Shown here piece by piece: positions 59,752 through 64,000 of a stretch of DNA of 64,000 nucleotides. The notes beneath the pieces are model-generated. The model ran no database searches and was not told the origin of the DNA. It worked only from the letters and a program-made list of their open reading frames with translations. Positions within the stretch are counted from its first letter, which is position 1, and every line of letters begins with the position of its first letter. The stretch is from the NCBI GenBank assembly GCA_951406725.2, contig OX597821.1:107818001-107882000 (forward strand), in the 5' to 3' direction. Made by a program: the position numbers and the translations under genes. This DNA is from Octopus vulgaris. Lineage: Eukaryota.

Positions 59752-59885
59752 TCACACGCAAGCACGCACGCACTCGCGCACACTTAAACACATCGTTTAC
59801 CATGTATATACGTACGTATATATGTAGGTATATATAAAAATATATACATAGGCGCAGGAGTGGCTGTGTGGTATATGTGTATATA

Positions 59886-59923
<38 letters not shown>

Positions 59924-59926
59924 TAA

Positions 59927-60130
59927 AGGGAAAGTTTACGAAAATAAACAAAAGACGAAGGCAGGTGGTGTACAAACAAACAAATGTATTAGTATAGCGC
60001 TCAGGAATAGAAAAAGTTTTTTACGTTTCGAGCCAACGCTCTTCGACAGAAAGATACACAGAAAAAAAACAAGGAGAGAAACAAGGAAAGAAAAAAAATG
60101 TGCATGTAGTAGCTAACGATCTATCATAGC
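59927..60130 (-). mobile_element. Family D copy; hammerhead-like motif 60019-60053
   Basis: Minus: CUUU-CUGUCGA-A-GAGC(guug)GCUC-GAAA-CG-UA-AAAA. Confidence 0.75.
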
Positions 60131-60136
60131 CTATAT

Positions 60137-60584
<448 letters not shown>

Positions 60585-61649
60585 TATACATATATATATA
60601 CGATGGGCTTCTTTCAGTTTCCGTCTCCCATCCACTCAGAAGGCTTTGGTCGAGCCGAGGCTATTGTAGAAGATACTTGCCCAAGCTGCCACGTAGTGGG
60701 ACTGATCTACTTACATTAACATATTTACAGAGACACGCATGCACAAGCACCCATTCACATATTTCTATAATGGTGATCATAATATAAGTTATGAAGTTGT
60801 TGGGTTTGAGAGCGAAGCGGCGGCGGCGGCGGTGCTGGTGTGGGGGTTGTCGAAGGTATTTCAATAAAGAAATAGGTTGTCGAGTGCAGCGATATGGTTG
60901 GCAGGGTTAATGTATTCAATTTCTCTTGTAGGTGATTCGTATTCATTGTCTGGTGCTGGTATTCTTGTACACAACAATTAGACACCACTACCACCACCAG
61001 CAAGAATAACTACCACCACGAACTCCACCAACAACAACAACAACAGTAACAAGAACGACAACAATAACAATAAGGACAACAACCACGCCACCACCATCAC
61101 TGCCACGACCATGACCTCCAACAACTAAAACAATGAAAATAACCGTAAAAAGAACAACACCACAATCACCACCACCACCTACAGCAATAACAACAACAAA
61201 AGCAACTACACTACCAGCACCGCCAACACCACCACAATCATCATAACCAAACCAGCAGCAGCAACAACAAGAACAACGGCGACAACAACAACAACAATAA
61301 CTGGAAAAGACATTTAAAAAGTACGAGAATAAAACATAAAAGACATCAGCCACGCCCTGATGACCTCCTGCACTCAACGAAATGACCCAATCTTTGGTAA
61401 AACACATACATACACACACACATGCACATGCACACACACGCACAATCGCACACACACGCACATGGTCATACGTGTATAAATATGTGTGTAAATATGTATA
61501 GATATGTGTGCATGTATACATACAAATAGATATATATATATATGTATGTGTATATATATATGTGTGTGTGTGTGCGTGCGTGTGTGTATGTATATATATA
61601 TATATATACATATATATGTTTGTATTTAAGTATGTACATGCGTGGAGAA

Positions 61650-61701
<52 letters not shown>

Positions 61702-61915
61702 ATATATATATATATCACCGTGATCACCGTGACCGACCAGGCTATCAGATGCTGCTATACATCGCTGGTCACAAGCGCTTCGCATTGTTTTAGCCATCAA
61801 ATGACGCCACCCCGCCGGCTAAGCGAGCAGGCCAATATATATGATTGATTGATTGATTGATTCCAGTTTCAGCTCACGAGCTGTGGCCATGCTGGGGCAC
61901 CGCCATTTGGTGTTG

Positions 61916-61957
<42 letters not shown>

Positions 61958-61958
<1 letters not shown>

Positions 61959-62152
61959 GGGAGAGTTTACGAAAAAAACAAAAGACGAAGACAGGTGGTG
62001 TACAAAATAAACAGATGTAATTAGTATAACGCTCAGGAATAGAAAAAAGTCTTTTACGTTTCGAGTCTATGCTCTTCTACAGAAAGGGACACAGAAAAAA
62101 CTAGGAGAGAAACAAGGAGAGAAAAAATGTGTGTAGTGGCTAATGATCTATC
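61958..62152 (-). mobile_element. Family D copy; hammerhead-like motif 62051-62086
   Basis: Minus: CUUU-CUGUAGA-A-GAGC(auag)ACUC-GAAA-CG-UA-AAAG. Confidence 0.75.
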
Positions 62153-62180
62153 GTATAATATATATATATATATTCATATG

Positions 62181-62252
<72 letters not shown>

Positions 62253-62849
62253 TGAGTGAGTGTGTGTGAGTCTGGGTGCATTTTTTCTGATATGTATAAT
62301 CCTTGTGCAATATGTCGCGCTTTTACCATTGTGCAGTTCAATTCCTCGACCGCTGAAGACTAATTCATTTATGAAGGAGTAAAACAATTTTACAGATTTG
62401 GTCTTATCTCGTTTCGTCTCTTTCCCCTTGTTTTCCTAAGACCATCTGTCGTCTCGCTATTTTCGCCATTTTCACAGTGGCTGGAACCCAATTTCAAAAT
62501 ATTGCTCTCGCCTTATTGAATGTGTCATGTCCCAAGGGAGCTTTTTTTCGAGGACATTTCTATGCAAATTTCAAGGCTTTGTGACATATGTTAACACAAT
62601 CCTTGTTCGTCGATTCAAATTCCTCTTTCTGCATTAAGTTATCGTTTCCGTTAAGTTAGTCCCAACTGAGAGAAGGGTGAGAAGAAATTCTCCTAAATAT
62701 TCTCAGTTTTACCTCTTTCTATCTATCTATCTTTCTTTCTTTCTTCCTTTCTTTCTTTCTCTCTCTTTTATTTCTTACTTTTTCTTTTTATGAATGTATG
62801 CATATATGTATGTATATGCATATATATAATACATGCATACATATATGTA

Positions 62850-63132
62850 TATTTCATTTCATTTCATTTCATCTAGTTTCAGCTCACGAGCTGAGGCCAT
62901 GCTGGGGCACCGCCATTCGGTGTTGCTACATGATTTTACTTCACGAATGCTTTTTTAGCAATTGACATTTAGTGCATGAGAGAGTTTGATGCAGCTGCCC
63001 TCATCTACACCTCCTGCCGTGAAGTTGGTTCATCTGGGACACCTGACAGGAAGAGGTTCATCTTTATTCTAAAGACATCTGCATCCACCCCATGTAGGTC
63101 TCTAAGGTCCTTCGGGATATTGAAGAGCTGTG
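62850..63132 (-). mobile_element. CR1-group LINE 3' end
   Basis: [42 protein letters not shown]; same tail, (TGAAA)n end; tail-only copy at 61843-61918. Confidence 0.85.
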
Positions 63133-63283
63133 GCGTGGTTGTGTGGTTAGAAGCTTGCTTTCCAACCACAAGCTTTTGGTGTGACACCTTGGGAAGTGAC
63201 TTCTTCTATTGCCTCGGGCCGACCAAAACCCTGTGAGTGGATTTGGTAGATAGAAACCGAAAGAAGCTCCTCGTATATCTATA

Positions 63284-63477
<194 letters not shown>

Positions 63478-63487
63478 TATAATATAC

Positions 63488-63522
<35 letters not shown>

Positions 63523-63527
63523 CATAT

Positions 63528-63885
63528 GTGCCACGCAGTGGGACTGAACTATAGCCTCGAGCCGACCAAAGCCTTGTGAGTGGATTTAGTAGACGGAAAC
63601 TGAAAGAAGCCCGTCGTATATATGCATATGTGAGTGTGTGTCTGTGAGTGTGTGTGTGTGTGTGTGTGTGTATACGTTTGTGTGTCTGTGTTTTCCCCCG
63701 AACATCGCTTGACAACCGATGCCGGTGTGTTACGTCCACGTAACCTAGCGGTTCGGCGAAAGAGACTGATAGAATAAGTTGTAGACTTACAAAGAATAAG
63801 TGCTGGCGTCGATTTCCTCGACTAAAGGCGGTGCTCCAGCATGGCCACAGCCAAATGACTGAAACAAGTAAAAGAGTAAAGAGTA
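63528..63885 (+). mobile_element. SINE family B (5' end truncated/inverted)
   Basis: Body and tail match the reference; 63528-63549 is an inverted piece of the head. Confidence 0.82.
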
Positions 63886-64000
63886 TAGATATACGTTATG
63901 GCTTAGCGAAGAATTCTAAGAATATTCGTCACTGAGTAGCGCATATGACGTCAAAAGACCGGTGTCTGAGATCATGTGCTGCTGAAGGAAACCAACTGTT

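Overview
AT-rich, repeat-saturated eukaryotic non-coding DNA. The SINE/LINE repertoire looks like a coleoid cephalopod (Octopus-like); this is an inference, not a database match. I found no confident host exon, and nearly all ORF-track entries are microsatellite read-through. The main coding element is a Neptune-type Penelope-like retroelement (RT + Cys linker + GIY-YIG, minus strand, 6107-9483). It carries one stop and one frameshift and is bracketed by ~500-bp inverted pseudo-LTRs, each with a minimal hammerhead ribozyme showing a U3:A8 compensatory core. Other elements are a Tx1/L1-type LINE 3' end, CR1-type LINE 3' ends, mariner/Tc1/hAT relics, MITEs, a non-autonomous Helitron and several tRNA-derived SINE families. 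Four signals stand out. (1) About ten hammerhead-like motifs are dispersed through the window, including a 5-copy ~190-bp family with a non-canonical CUGUNGA core. (2) These motifs are strongly biased to the minus strand. (3) A series of snap-back hairpins looks like minimal Penelope inverted-end insertions. (4) Four retroelement families each sit in their own microsatellite type: (TA)n, (TCTA)n, (AAT)n and (ATAC)n.
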